Sequence record: SRR20825006_2659
DNA: 47,861 nucleotides
Reading direction: 5' to 3' (one strand)
Shown in pieces: positions 1-12,071 of this stretch. The translations under genes were made by a program, and so were the position numbers. Each line of letters starts with the position of its first letter. Within the stretch, counting starts at the first letter, position 1. The notes under the pieces were generated by a model. That model saw only the letters and a list, made by a program, of their open reading frames with translations. It searched no databases and was not told the DNA's origin.

Positions 1-74
1 AGAAATTCTAATATTAGAATTTCTTAATATAAATTCATTTCTGCCGTAAAGTTTAGAAATAAACAAAGGCAGAC

Positions 75-806
75 ATGAAAATTTCCTATCTATTATTTCT
101 ATTACTCTTCGCGAACATTGCATGTGTTCCTGCACTAGTTGATAATGAAGAATCTCAAGAAGTACTTGTTCCAGACTTTGAAGCCTTAGATTTCAATCAC
201 TCTTTATTCAAATCGAAAGCTTCAAATAGACATGATGGCATGTCTAAGAATGCAGCTAATGCGGCATATAGATTAGAATTAGCTCATAGTTATTTTTCTG
301 AATATGTAGAAGTAGAGGTAAGTATTTTTAACGAACTAGCTAATTCTATCAAGAACTTCAGCAAGAGTGAAGTTAGCAGTACTAAGTATATTTCGTTTGG
401 AGAATATAATGGAGAGTTTACACTAACTGGTGAATTAATTGCAGGTTTGATGAACTGGGAAATGATTTATAAATCCTCTGGTTCAACATTTCAAATAATG
501 AACGGCACTAATAATGGTTTAGGAAAGATTCTAAATTGGAAGATTAGCTCACCCAATAGTGTTGTTCATACAGTAAACGTTGAACGTATTGAAGATAAAA
601 TGGAAGTGTCTTTTTTAAGTAACGATTCTAAGGAAGACATCAAAGTTAGCATCGAGAAAACACAAAAGAGTAACTTAGTTGAATTTTCGAACCTATATTC
701 ACAATTCTCAATAGCATTAGATAACGAAAGCTCAAGAGGTTACTTAGAGGAAAGAAATAGCAAAATTTGTTGGGATGAAAACCTCAACAATGCTATTTGT
801 AATTAA
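75..806 (+). CDS. Hypothetical lipoprotein
   Basis: 243-aa ORF; hydrophobic N-terminus ending in lipobox-like NIA-C; C-terminal CWDENLNNAIC cysteine pair; no recognised family. Confidence 0.7.
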   Translation: MKISYLLFLLLFANIACVPALVDNEESQEVLVPDFEALDFNHSLFKSKASNRHDGMSKNAANAAYRLELAHSYFSEYVEVEVSIFNELANSIKNFSKSEVSSTKYISFGEYNGEFTLTGELIAGLMNWEMIYKSSGSTFQIMNGTNNGLGKILNWKISSPNSVVHTVNVERIEDKMEVSFLSNDSKEDIKVSIEKTQKSNLVEFSNLYSQFSIALDNESSRGYLEERNSKICWDENLNNAICN

Positions 807-1735
807 CCCTTCGAAGCGTGCTTAATGTTTCTGATTAACCCTTCGTATTTAGTTCTTTTAACCGGGCTTCCCTCAAAAAGAATATTGAATTGATCTTCAT
901 TTAGATTTTGCCAATCATGATAATCCATATTTGTAACACGTTCTCTAGGAAATAAGTCTTCATACTTTGATAGTGTAGCTCTCGAATTCCACGGACACAC
1001 ATCTTGGCAGATATCACAGCCGAAAATCCAGCCATTCAAGTCTTTACCTTGCTCTTTAATAAAATCGCCTCGGTGCTCAATAGTTTGATAGGATATACAT
1101 TTCCCCGCATCAACACGGTAAGGCTCGTAAATCGCATTTGTTGGGCACGCATCAATGCAACGAGTACATGAACCGCAATGATCCGTTTTGGGTGCGTCAT
1201 AAACTAAATCAACGTCTAGAATAATTTCCCCAATAAAGAAGTAAGAGCCAATTTCTTGGTTTATAAGATTTGAATGCTTGCCAATCCATCCAAGTCCAGC
1301 ACGCACCGCCCAAGCTTTGTCTAAAACAGGGGCGGAGTCTACAAAAAAACGACCTTCAATATTACCGACGGTCTCTTCAATAAACTCATACAGATTTTTA
1401 ATCTGTTTCTTTACCACTTTATGATAATCTCTGCCAAGTGCGTATTTGGCAATTTTTAATTCGCTGTCTTGGTATATTTCTCTGTGCGAGGGATGGTGAT
1501 AGCTAGCAAGTACTGAAATAACAGATTTAGCTCCAGGAACCAGTAACGTAGGGTCGGTTCTTTTATCGAAATGGTTTTCCATCCAACTCATAGAAGCATT
1601 TCGCTGTTGGTTTAACCATTCCTCGAGTCGTCTAGCTTCAGGTTCCATAAAACCAGCTCTAGCAAAACCACAGGCTTCAAAGCCAAGATCCAATGCCTTA
1701 GATCTAATCTTGGCGGTAAGCTCTGCTGAGTTCAT
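803..1735 (-). CDS. queG: tRNA epoxyqueuosine(34) reductase QueG
   Basis: YALGRDYH, FVDSAPVLDKAWA, CGSCTRCIDACPT and FGCDICQDVCPWN 4Fe-4S motifs. Confidence 0.96.
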   Translation of the reverse strand: MNSAELTAKIRSKALDLGFEACGFARAGFMEPEARRLEEWLNQQRNASMSWMENHFDKRTDPTLLVPGAKSVISVLASYHHPSHREIYQDSELKIAKYALGRDYHKVVKKQIKNLYEFIEETVGNIEGRFFVDSAPVLDKAWAVRAGLGWIGKHSNLINQEIGSYFFIGEIILDVDLVYDAPKTDHCGSCTRCIDACPTNAIYEPYRVDAGKCISYQTIEHRGDFIKEQGKDLNGWIFGCDICQDVCPWNSRATLSKYEDLFPRERVTNMDYHDWQNLNEDQFNILFEGSPVKRTKYEGLIRNIKHASKG

Positions 1736-1749
1736 AATACTTACAAAAT

Positions 1750-2457
1750 TTATTTATGCTGAACAGGCACAAGTTTATCGCCTTTCCATTGAAGTTCTTG
1801 TAAAGCCCCGTCAATCATTCGCACGGTACGGAAAGGATACTTCTTTACCAGCGCATAATCGTGAGTTACCATTAGTACGGCCATGCCTCGGTTGTTAATT
1901 TGCTTAAGAAGCTCCATAATGTTTTTACTAGCAACAGGGTCTAAGTTTCCCGTTGGCTCATCAGCGAGGAGAATCCGAGGCTCATTTGCTAAAGCGCGAG
2001 CAATAACCACACGTTGTTGCTCGCCACCAGAAAGTTCATCAGGCATATGCTTACGGCGATGACTAAGGCCAACCATGGTAAGCACTTCAATAACACGTTG
2101 TTTAACAAATTTGGGTTTTTCGCCAGTAACTTGTAATGCAAACGCTACATTGTCGAAAACGTCTCGATCTTGTAAAAGTTGGAAGTCTTGGAATACAATT
2201 CCTAGCCGACGACGTAGCATCGGAACTTCTTTTAAACTGATTTTATTTACTGGATAATCAGTAACTCTAACCGAACCCGAATCAGGTACAATATCTCTAT
2301 AAAGAAGCTTTAGGAAAGAGCTTTTACCTATTCCAGTGGCACCTATTAAATAGGTAAACTCACCATTATGGAGTTTAAAGTTGATATTCTTGAGAATCGG
2401 ACGATGCTCAAAATTCAAACTAACATTTCTAAGTTCTATTACTGCGGTGTCTGACAT
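1750..2457 (-). CDS. ftsE: Cell division ATP-binding protein FtsE
   Basis: Walker A GATGIGKS, LRRRLGIVFQDFQLL, LSGGEQQRV, LLADEPTGNLDP. Confidence 0.88.
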   Translation of the reverse strand: MSDTAVIELRNVSLNFEHRPILKNINFKLHNGEFTYLIGATGIGKSSFLKLLYRDIVPDSGSVRVTDYPVNKISLKEVPMLRRRLGIVFQDFQLLQDRDVFDNVAFALQVTGEKPKFVKQRVIEVLTMVGLSHRRKHMPDELSGGEQQRVVIARALANEPRILLADEPTGNLDPVASKNIMELLKQINNRGMAVLMVTHDYALVKKYPFRTVRMIDGALQELQWKGDKLVPVQHK

Positions 2458-3215
2458 CTAAGTACAATGGTTACTCTTGAGCTTTGTTCATCTGCATCTA
2501 GCAGTTCAAAGTCGCCATATTTGGCTACTAGATGATAGGAGGTTTGTTCCACAATTGACAACATTTCCTGCAAGGAATATATACGTTGTTCATGAACTTC
2601 TTTCAGTTCTTGAATCACTGTTTTCCCATCATCAGCTAATTCTTCAATCTCAAATTCGTTGTAATGCATTTTGTTCTGATGATCATAACGACTTGTTCTA
2701 AAAAAACGAAGATTTCCAGAGGTAGCTTCTTCATTATTTAAATAATCGACGGCTTCCATGGAGTTTTTTGGAGTCGAAAAATCGAAAATAAGAAGTCCAC
2801 CAGGCTTTAGAACTTTTTGGCACTGGTTGAGCATAGTTAATATGTCTTTCTCACTATGTAGATAATTCACACTATCAAAAAGAGAATAAATGGCGTCGAA
2901 TGAATCCTCAATATCGATATTCAGAAAATCCATTGGCCTAAATACTACGTTTACATCAGCGTTTTTGGCTTTTAATGCTGCTATTTCGACCATTTCTGGG
3001 GATAAATCAGTAGCCGTTATAAAATAGTAACCAAACTCATCAAGTGAGATGGCAACAGAACCCGTTCCACAGGCTAATTCTAATATCTTTTCAGGGTAGG
3101 GATGATGAAGCTGAAGAATCTCGTCTATATAATCCGCCCAAGAATCATAATCTACATCTTCCATCAAACGATCGTACAAAGGTGCTAACGAAGTATAAAT
3201 ATCGGATTTATTCAT
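2439..3215 (-). CDS. Class I SAM-dependent methyltransferase
   Basis: Motif I ILELACGTG, DLSPEM, FDSVNY, LKPGG; ATG at 3215 overlaps the pdxA stop (track uses an upstream TTG at 3221). Confidence 0.88.
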   Translation of the reverse strand: MNKSDIYTSLAPLYDRLMEDVDYDSWADYIDEILQLHHPYPEKILELACGTGSVAISLDEFGYYFITATDLSPEMVEIAALKAKNADVNVVFRPMDFLNIDIEDSFDAIYSLFDSVNYLHSEKDILTMLNQCQKVLKPGGLLIFDFSTPKNSMEAVDYLNNEEATSGNLRFFRTSRYDHQNKMHYNEFEIEELADDGKTVIQELKEVHEQRIYSLQEMLSIVEQTSYHLVAKYGDFELLDADEQSSRVTIVLRCQTPQ

Positions 3216-4203
3216 GAACAATCTTTTTGTGGGCTAGTTTTACTGCCAAGTTATACGCTTGCTTGAATGAGGAAGCGTCGGCAACACCATTTCCTGCTAT
3301 GTCAAAAGCAGTACCGTGATCTGGCGAGGTTCTGATAATTGGAAGTCCTGCTGTAAAGTTAACGCCGTTGCCAAAAGAAGCCAGTTTAAATGGAGCTAGG
3401 CCTTGGTCGTGATACATGGCAAGCACAGCATCATATTTTTCGTAGAGTTTCTGACCAAAAAAACCGTCAGCAGGGAAGGGGCCATCAACTTGAATACCTT
3501 CTTTTCTTGAGTTTGATATTGCTGGCTTAATAATTTCAATTTCTTCCATTCCAATCACTCCACCATCACCCGCATGTGGGTTAAGCCCAAGAACAGCAAT
3601 CCGCGGAGAAGGGATTAAAAAATCGTCAGTGAGGCTTTTATTCAGAACTTTTAGACGCTCAATGATAATTTTCTCAGTAATAGCATTGGCAACTTCTCGA
3701 ATAGGAATATGAACGGTCGTAAGCGCTACTCTCAAATTCTTATTTACAAGCATCATTAACACGGAGTCGGCATTTGCCTTTTCAGCAAGAAATTCGGTAT
3801 GGCCTGGGATTTTATATCCAGCAAGGTTAACAGCTTCTTTTGAGATTGGAGCGGTGACCATGGCACTAATCTTTTTGGATAAACAAAGATCGATGGCTCC
3901 CTCAATCGATTTCATTGCAACTAAACCGCTTTCCTTATTCTGTACGCCAGGAGTAGGCGTGAATGTGGTGTTAAATGAATTTGCATACACGTTAATAGTA
4001 GATGATTTTGCTTGCTGAAGTGCTGAAATCTCATTAAGCTCTATTGACAGACCAAGCAAGTCTTTATAGAATTCTAGAATATAGGTAGGAGCAATAACTA
4101 CAGGTTTAGATTGCGAAAAATCAATATCACTAAGGCCCTTGAGAATAATCTCAGGACCTATGCCATTACAATCTCCAAGTGATATGCCGATAGTTGGTTT
4201 CAT
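3208..4203 (-). CDS. pdxA: 4-hydroxythreonine-4-phosphate dehydrogenase PdxA
   Basis: GDCNGIGPEI, TAPISK, PGHTE, GLNPHAG, MYHDQG, RTSPDHGTAFDIAG. Confidence 0.96.
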   Translation of the reverse strand: MKPTIGISLGDCNGIGPEIILKGLSDIDFSQSKPVVIAPTYILEFYKDLLGLSIELNEISALQQAKSSTINVYANSFNTTFTPTPGVQNKESGLVAMKSIEGAIDLCLSKKISAMVTAPISKEAVNLAGYKIPGHTEFLAEKANADSVLMMLVNKNLRVALTTVHIPIREVANAITEKIIIERLKVLNKSLTDDFLIPSPRIAVLGLNPHAGDGGVIGMEEIEIIKPAISNSRKEGIQVDGPFPADGFFGQKLYEKYDAVLAMYHDQGLAPFKLASFGNGVNFTAGLPIIRTSPDHGTAFDIAGNGVADASSFKQAYNLAVKLAHKKIVHE

Positions 4204-4241
4204 CAAGCTTAAGGTACTGCTAAAGCTTTAAAAACGCATTG

Positions 4242-5639
4242 TCATTCTTTACCCAATAATATGAAATCAGAAAAACCTGTGCCTTTTTCAAACACAAAGG
4301 TTCTATCTGCATACTTCCAAGATTCAAGGACTCTACCTTTTGATGGGAATTGACGTTCTGTCGAGATTGGGGGACCGTACTTTATATAAACATTACCTCT
4401 ATCAGTATCTTGTCCGTCTGGATGTTCTGGATTTCTAAACTCTTTAAATGCGTAGTCAACCCTTCTATAATACTCGGTCATCAGTTCGTTATATTCTGTT
4501 TCGGGCGATGGATCTTTGCTTGCCCAGAACTCACGAAATTTAGCTTCTTTTTCTTGATTATTCCCTTTTCTGAGAGCATCAACAGACTTTTCAGGAATAA
4601 TAAATTTTAGCATTTCTAGCGCTATATCTACATTCAAGAGGCTAGGTGGCATGTCTGGCCAATACGAACGTATAACTCTAGAAGCAAAAGGTTTGGCGTC
4701 GCCTACTTTCTTCACTTCAATTTTATACAGTGAATTTTCTAGCTTCTTGTTTGGAATGTTAACCAACGCATAAGTGAACTGTGACGATCCTTTTGTAAGT
4801 ATAAGCGAAGGGTCAGAGCTTTTATCAAAGGCGAGATTCGCATTATCATAAATATCACCTTTACTAATGGTAGTTTTGAAAACTGATTCTTGCTTGGTGG
4901 TATCTTTTTTTCCAATATTTGCTTTAAACATCTCAACTGTATACTCCGCACTGATATCGAATTTGGGTATACGAATTAGCGAGTGGAAGTCTTTTCCATA
5001 AATCACATTATTGCCCATATTGAGAAGTGTAAGTGATTTATCTGAATTGGAATCTTGTACTGTTTTGATTAGGTGAATTTCCCCTGTTTTTTTAGTATTT
5101 AAATTTTCAATTTTGATATTTCGACGTGTTGAGTTCCTTTCATTAGTCTCTTCCATCATACTTAGCTGCAGCAGATAGTTATATAAACCGGGAGTTAAAT
5201 CAGCAGTTAAAATTCCAGAGGTATAGATACTATTTGACTGAGTATCGTCAAAAGTTTTGGCAAACATGGTGTCTTGCCAAGCATCTCTATATACAGATGT
5301 TGTATTGAATCCATCTTTTTTCTTTAGTTCCCCATTAAAAATTTCAGAATTTATACGTACAGTGCTAAAAAATTCAAACCCTTTAGGTTGGTTTAAGTTG
5401 TTCTCAAAATGTATTTTTTTGAAGGGTAGGAAATTATTATCCATGCGAAAAACGAATCCGATGGTTGTTGTACTATCGGTGTTGCCAGGAATGGTGACTT
5501 CATCAAAAAAGAATACCGGTGAAGAAGCCTGATTTGCAAGCGATGCATAATTAACTTGCCTTCCTCGACCTCTTTGTTGCGCAAACAACGGGGCTGAAAT
5601 AAAGAAGATGGTGAAGAAGGTGAATAGAACTTTTATCAT
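4242..5639 (-). CDS. GWxTD domain-containing secreted protein
   Basis: Signal peptide APLFA|Q; C-terminal FWASKDPSP..NE...EYYRRVDYA..F..G(Q)DTDRG.VYIKYGPP matches the GWxTD domain. Confidence 0.85.
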   Translation of the reverse strand: MIKVLFTFFTIFFISAPLFAQQRGRGRQVNYASLANQASSPVFFFDEVTIPGNTDSTTTIGFVFRMDNNFLPFKKIHFENNLNQPKGFEFFSTVRINSEIFNGELKKKDGFNTTSVYRDAWQDTMFAKTFDDTQSNSIYTSGILTADLTPGLYNYLLQLSMMEETNERNSTRRNIKIENLNTKKTGEIHLIKTVQDSNSDKSLTLLNMGNNVIYGKDFHSLIRIPKFDISAEYTVEMFKANIGKKDTTKQESVFKTTISKGDIYDNANLAFDKSSDPSLILTKGSSQFTYALVNIPNKKLENSLYKIEVKKVGDAKPFASRVIRSYWPDMPPSLLNVDIALEMLKFIIPEKSVDALRKGNNQEKEAKFREFWASKDPSPETEYNELMTEYYRRVDYAFKEFRNPEHPDGQDTDRGNVYIKYGPPISTERQFPSKGRVLESWKYADRTFVFEKGTGFSDFILLGKE

Positions 5640-5755
5640 TGGGAGCAGGTTTTAAATTCAATTACATCAATATCGCAATTTCAATAATATAAAATGCCTA
5701 TTTTCAACGTGCGAATTAGAATAGGTATTATAATTTAAATGATTTTTCTGAAAAT

Positions 5756-7387
5756 ATGAGCATAACTACTGGAAGCGCTACCAACCACTGGCTACAACAA
5801 ATTATTGAAGAGATTAATGCCCAAGAAACAGAGATTAAATTGGGCGGTGGTTTATCTAGAATAGAGAAAGAACATTCTAAAGGAAAGTTAACTGCAAGAG
5901 AGCGCATCGACTTGTTAATCGATAAAGATAGTGACTTTCAAGAGCTTAATCTATGGGCTGGTTTTGAAATGTACGAAGATGTAGGTGGTTGCCCATCTGG
6001 AGGAGTGGTGACAGGAATTGGAGTTGTTAGCGGACGAGATTGTATGATTGTAGCTAACGACGCTACAGTAAAGGCTGGAGCTTGGTTTCCAATTACAGCC
6101 AAAAAGAATTTGAGAGCTCAGGAGATCGCAATAGAAAATCACATTCCACTTATATATCTGGTAGATTCGGCGGGTGTATTTTTACCTATGCAAGACGAAA
6201 TATTTCCAGACAAAGAACATTTTGGACGCATGTTTAGAAACAATGCGATTATTTCAGCAAAAGGGATTCCACAAATAGCTGCTATTATGGGTAGTTGTGT
6301 TGCCGGTGGCGCTTATCTACCTATTATGAGTGACGAAGCGCTTATAGTTGATGGAACAGGGAGCGTTTTTCTTGCAGGAAGTTATTTAGTAAAAGCGGCT
6401 ATTGGCGAAACCGTAGATAATGAGACTTTAGGAGGTGCTACCACGCATACCGAAATTAGCGGAGTTACTGATTATAAAATGAAAGATGATCAGGAATGTC
6501 TGAAAACTATTCGAGATTTGGTTGATAAGTTTGGGCCTTACAAAACAGCAGAATTTAACAGAGCTGATGCAAAAGAGCCTGCTAGACCGGCATCTGATAT
6601 TTTCAAGATATTGCCAGAGTCTAGAACTGCACCTTATGATATGAATGAAATTCTAGAGTGCATTATTGATGAGGATAGCTTTACCGAGTTTAAAAAAGGA
6701 TATGGTCAAACTATTATAACAGGCTATGCTCGCATTGATGGTTGGAGTGTTGGAATTGTAGCAAATCAGCGCTCAATTTCGAAAACTAAGCAAGGGGAGA
6801 TGCAAATTGGTGGTGTTATATACTCTGATAGCGCGGATAAAGCGGCTCGGTTTATCATGAATTGTAATCAAAAGAAGATCCCACTTATTTTTCTACAAGA
6901 TGTTTCTGGCTTCATGGTTGGAAAGCGAAGCGAGCATGGCGGAATTATCAAAGATGGAGCAAAAATGGTGAACGCAATGAGCAATAGCACGGTTCCGAAA
7001 ATTACTATTGTTATTGGGAATAGTTATGGTGCTGGTAATTATGCAATGTGCGGAAGAGCCTACGATCCCCGTTTCATGTATGCCTGGCCAACAGCTAAAA
7101 TCGCGGTTATGGGCGGTGCATCTGCTGCTAAAACGTTACTTCAAATCCAGGTTGCAGCAATGAAGAAGAAAGGGCAAGAGGTTAGCGAAGAAGACCAAGA
7201 AACGCTTATGAAAGAAATCACAGAGCGTTATACAAAGCAAACGGATGTACGATATGCAGCTTCAAGAATTTGGGTTGATGGTATCATTCACCCATTAGAA
7301 ACTAGAGAACGAATTTCCAAAGCTTTAACTTGTGCGAATCTAAATCCTGAGATAGAAACATACAAAACGGGTGTGCTTCAAGTATAA
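5756..7387 (+). CDS. Acyl-CoA carboxylase carboxyltransferase subunit (methylcrotonoyl-CoA carboxylase beta-like)
   Basis: GKLTARERI, ANDATVKAG, LRAQEIA, LVDSAGVFLPMQDEIFPDKEHFGR, GSCVAGGAY, SYGAGNYAMCGRAY. Confidence 0.92.
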   Translation: MSITTGSATNHWLQQIIEEINAQETEIKLGGGLSRIEKEHSKGKLTARERIDLLIDKDSDFQELNLWAGFEMYEDVGGCPSGGVVTGIGVVSGRDCMIVANDATVKAGAWFPITAKKNLRAQEIAIENHIPLIYLVDSAGVFLPMQDEIFPDKEHFGRMFRNNAIISAKGIPQIAAIMGSCVAGGAYLPIMSDEALIVDGTGSVFLAGSYLVKAAIGETVDNETLGGATTHTEISGVTDYKMKDDQECLKTIRDLVDKFGPYKTAEFNRADAKEPARPASDIFKILPESRTAPYDMNEILECIIDEDSFTEFKKGYGQTIITGYARIDGWSVGIVANQRSISKTKQGEMQIGGVIYSDSADKAARFIMNCNQKKIPLIFLQDVSGFMVGKRSEHGGIIKDGAKMVNAMSNSTVPKITIVIGNSYGAGNYAMCGRAYDPRFMYAWPTAKIAVMGGASAAKTLLQIQVAAMKKKGQEVSEEDQETLMKEITERYTKQTDVRYAASRIWVDGIIHPLETRERISKALTCANLNPEIETYKTGVLQV

Positions 7388-8188
7388 TTATAAGTCGCTA
7401 GTTGTAAATAATACATTGGTCCAGTCTAAGAGAATAAAACGGTTTTTATCTCTATCAACGATGTTATTAACACCAAAATCTCTTATAAAAGAGCCCGCAC
7501 TATATACGTTTTGAATATTCTCATATTTGAAAAAACGAGTGGCATAATTTACTTCAAATCCGGAAAGAGAATCTGGATAAGGGGTAAGCCCAGAGTCTGG
7601 AAATGTGAATTCTGTGAAATCATATTTTTGATCTAACGAGTCAAAAAGCTGAGTGTAAAGTGTATCGCCACCATACTCTGTACCAGCAAAAATGGCAAAA
7701 GAAGATTCAGGGTATTTCCAGTATTTGGTATTGTTGGGAGTAGAAAAGGTGAACATTTCATCTTGTGCTATTACCATCGTAGAATCAGAAATGGTGAGTT
7801 TGTATTTATCTTCCGAATCTTTGTACTTGATATTCAAATCATACGTGCCATTATTTTGATACAAAGGAACAATAGAAGATGCTGGTGAAGAGCTTCCAGA
7901 GCAGGAACTATTCGCTCGATATCCACGAAGTGTGATAGTAATTGAAGTGGTGGTTGTTTCTAGATATTGATAAAGAAGATTGTTATTACAAGAAAACAGT
8001 TCATTTGTATAAAATCCAATAGCTGGGATTGGGAAAGAGTTAGAGTACTGGTAGTACTCGCCTACGGTAAAATTAATCCCATTATTAATAGGTTTTAAGT
8101 CGTCGCCTCCTAAATCACATGATGAAATAGATAAAAATATTAGGCCTAAAAAAAATAAAGCGGATTTGTTTCGTGTGTTCATATTCAT
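7388..8188 (-). CDS. Hypothetical lipoprotein
   Basis: 266-aa ORF; lipobox ISS-C after a hydrophobic stretch; stop abuts the stop of the carboxyltransferase. Confidence 0.72.
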   Translation of the reverse strand: MNMNTRNKSALFFLGLIFLSISSCDLGGDDLKPINNGINFTVGEYYQYSNSFPIPAIGFYTNELFSCNNNLLYQYLETTTTSITITLRGYRANSSCSGSSSPASSIVPLYQNNGTYDLNIKYKDSEDKYKLTISDSTMVIAQDEMFTFSTPNNTKYWKYPESSFAIFAGTEYGGDTLYTQLFDSLDQKYDFTEFTFPDSGLTPYPDSLSGFEVNYATRFFKYENIQNVYSAGSFIRDFGVNNIVDRDKNRFILLDWTNVLFTTSDL

Positions 8189-8291
8189 AATAAGTGTAGA
8201 GTGCAGAAACAGTATAGTTTCAAAATAAGAGAATTATTAATAGAAGTCTTAAAACAATTGACTCTAATTTCGTATTTGTTGAGCTTCTTTG

Positions 8292-8783
8292 ATGAGATAT
8301 AAACTCACAAAAGGTAGTAATTATCGAAGGTTAAATGTGGAAGCCAGCTTCACACTTATCGACTTCATGGTGCTATTTGCTTGTTTTCTGTTGGGAATAT
8401 TCTTTGCACTATTTCTATGGATGTTCGCGGCAGCAGTATTCATTAAGCTTTTCACAAGTCACGATTTTGAATTTGATACCGATAGTTACCAGATTAAACA
8501 TTATATAAGAGTGTTTAGCTATTTCAGGTTTAGCCGAAGAACAATCTCTTTTGGTGAAGTTCAGCAAATGCTACTTTCAAATCAGGATTCAGGTAAAGCC
8601 CTCGGTGAACGTGGATTAACAACCAAGGAGTGGTACACGCTAGATATTGAAACCAAAGACCGACCTATAAGGATTGCGAGAGTTGAAAAGGATGAATTGG
8701 AAGAACTCCACGAGTTATTTCTTGAAATTGAAGAGCTCTACGAAGAGTACTTTCAATTTCAGCTATTCGTAGTTGAAGTGTAA
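8292..8783 (+). CDS. Hypothetical membrane protein
   Basis: Long hydrophobic segment followed by a soluble domain; ATG at 8292. Confidence 0.65.
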   Translation: MRYKLTKGSNYRRLNVEASFTLIDFMVLFACFLLGIFFALFLWMFAAAVFIKLFTSHDFEFDTDSYQIKHYIRVFSYFRFSRRTISFGEVQQMLLSNQDSGKALGERGLTTKEWYTLDIETKDRPIRIARVEKDELEELHELFLEIEELYEEYFQFQLFVVEV

Positions 8784-8790
8784 GATTTAT

Positions 8791-8879
8791 GTCATTCCTA
8801 CGGAGGCAGGAACCTAGAGCTACTAATCAACACAACCTTCACTATCAATCTCGAACTCGAGCATTCGCCACGAGATGAC
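8791..8879. repeat. Degenerate REP-like/miniature palindromic element
   Basis: Starts GTCATTCCTACGGAGGCAGGAACC (TTCCT..AGGAA hairpin) and ends ATCTCG..CGAGATGAC; GTCAT/ATGAC terminal inverted ends; lies between convergent genes. Confidence 0.45.
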
Positions 8880-8918
8880 TGATGGCTTTTAATTACGACG
8901 AAACCAAAACAAACCTTC

Positions 8919-9410
8919 TTAGTATAACTCTGTTAACAAATCATGGATATCAAGAGCGTTGGTATACATTTCAACAGATCCATCAGCTTTGTGAGGCCAT
9001 AATTCGCGAGGACGATCCCAGTATAATTCAACGCCATTTTCATCAGGGTCGTTCAGATATAATGCTTCCGAAACGCCGTGATCGCTAGCACCCGTTAGTG
9101 GATAGTTTGCATTTCGAATGCGTACGAATATTTCGGCTAAATCTTTTCTTTCGGGATATAAGATTGCGGTGTGAAACAACCCAACACTTTGGGCAGGAGT
9201 TGGAGGCATACCTTTGCTGTTCCAAGTATTTAAACCAATGTGATGATGATATCCACCAGCCGAAATGAAAGCGGCTTCAGTTCCGTACATAGTAATCAAC
9301 TCAAAGCCAAGCAATCCGCAGTAGAAGTCGAGTGAACGTTGAATATCCGACACTTTTAAGTGGACATGACCAATTCTTGTTTGAGATGGAATTACATACT
9401 TATCCGACAT
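8919..9410 (-). CDS. VOC/glyoxalase family protein (CatE-like)
   Basis: IGHVHLKVSD, AGGYHHHIGLNTW, GLFHTAI, DHGVSEALYLNDPDENGVELYWD. Confidence 0.9.
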   Translation of the reverse strand: MSDKYVIPSQTRIGHVHLKVSDIQRSLDFYCGLLGFELITMYGTEAAFISAGGYHHHIGLNTWNSKGMPPTPAQSVGLFHTAILYPERKDLAEIFVRIRNANYPLTGASDHGVSEALYLNDPDENGVELYWDRPRELWPHKADGSVEMYTNALDIHDLLTELY

Positions 9411-9540
9411 TTTGAACCTTTATCTGTAATGTGAAATAATTCATACTTGGATAAAGTACTAGTTCTTAATACCTAAATGAATAAAAATATTTTTGTGGTT
9501 TGAAAGACTCCTTTTTCAATGTTCGCAAACCAATTCACAT

Positions 9541-9572
9541 AAAAAAAGCCCGAATGAAACACTCGGGCTTTT
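9541..9572 (-). terminator. Rho-independent terminator of icd
   Basis: Minus strand AAAAGCCCGAGTG-TTT-CATTCGGGCTTTTTTT, about 50 nt after the icd stop. Confidence 0.85.
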
Positions 9573-9622
9573 AGAATTAGTACAGTTCCGATTAACGGAT
9601 AATCGAAGCTAGTTAAACTACC

Positions 9623-11863
<2,241 letters not shown>

Positions 11864-12071
11864 TTAGGAGTGAGTCTCCAAGCCAAGAAGTGGATAAAAC
11901 ACCACAAATTCAGCCTAATTGGAGCAATTATATTAGGGCATGGAGTTTACAAAAAAAGGAGCTTCTTCGACAGCCTAATTATGAAAGAATAATAGTGGGG
12001 CGTGAGTGTAAATACCAAGTCTTTAGAGCCTGAGAAATTAAATAAGGGAATAACACGCAAATAGGCGTTTC

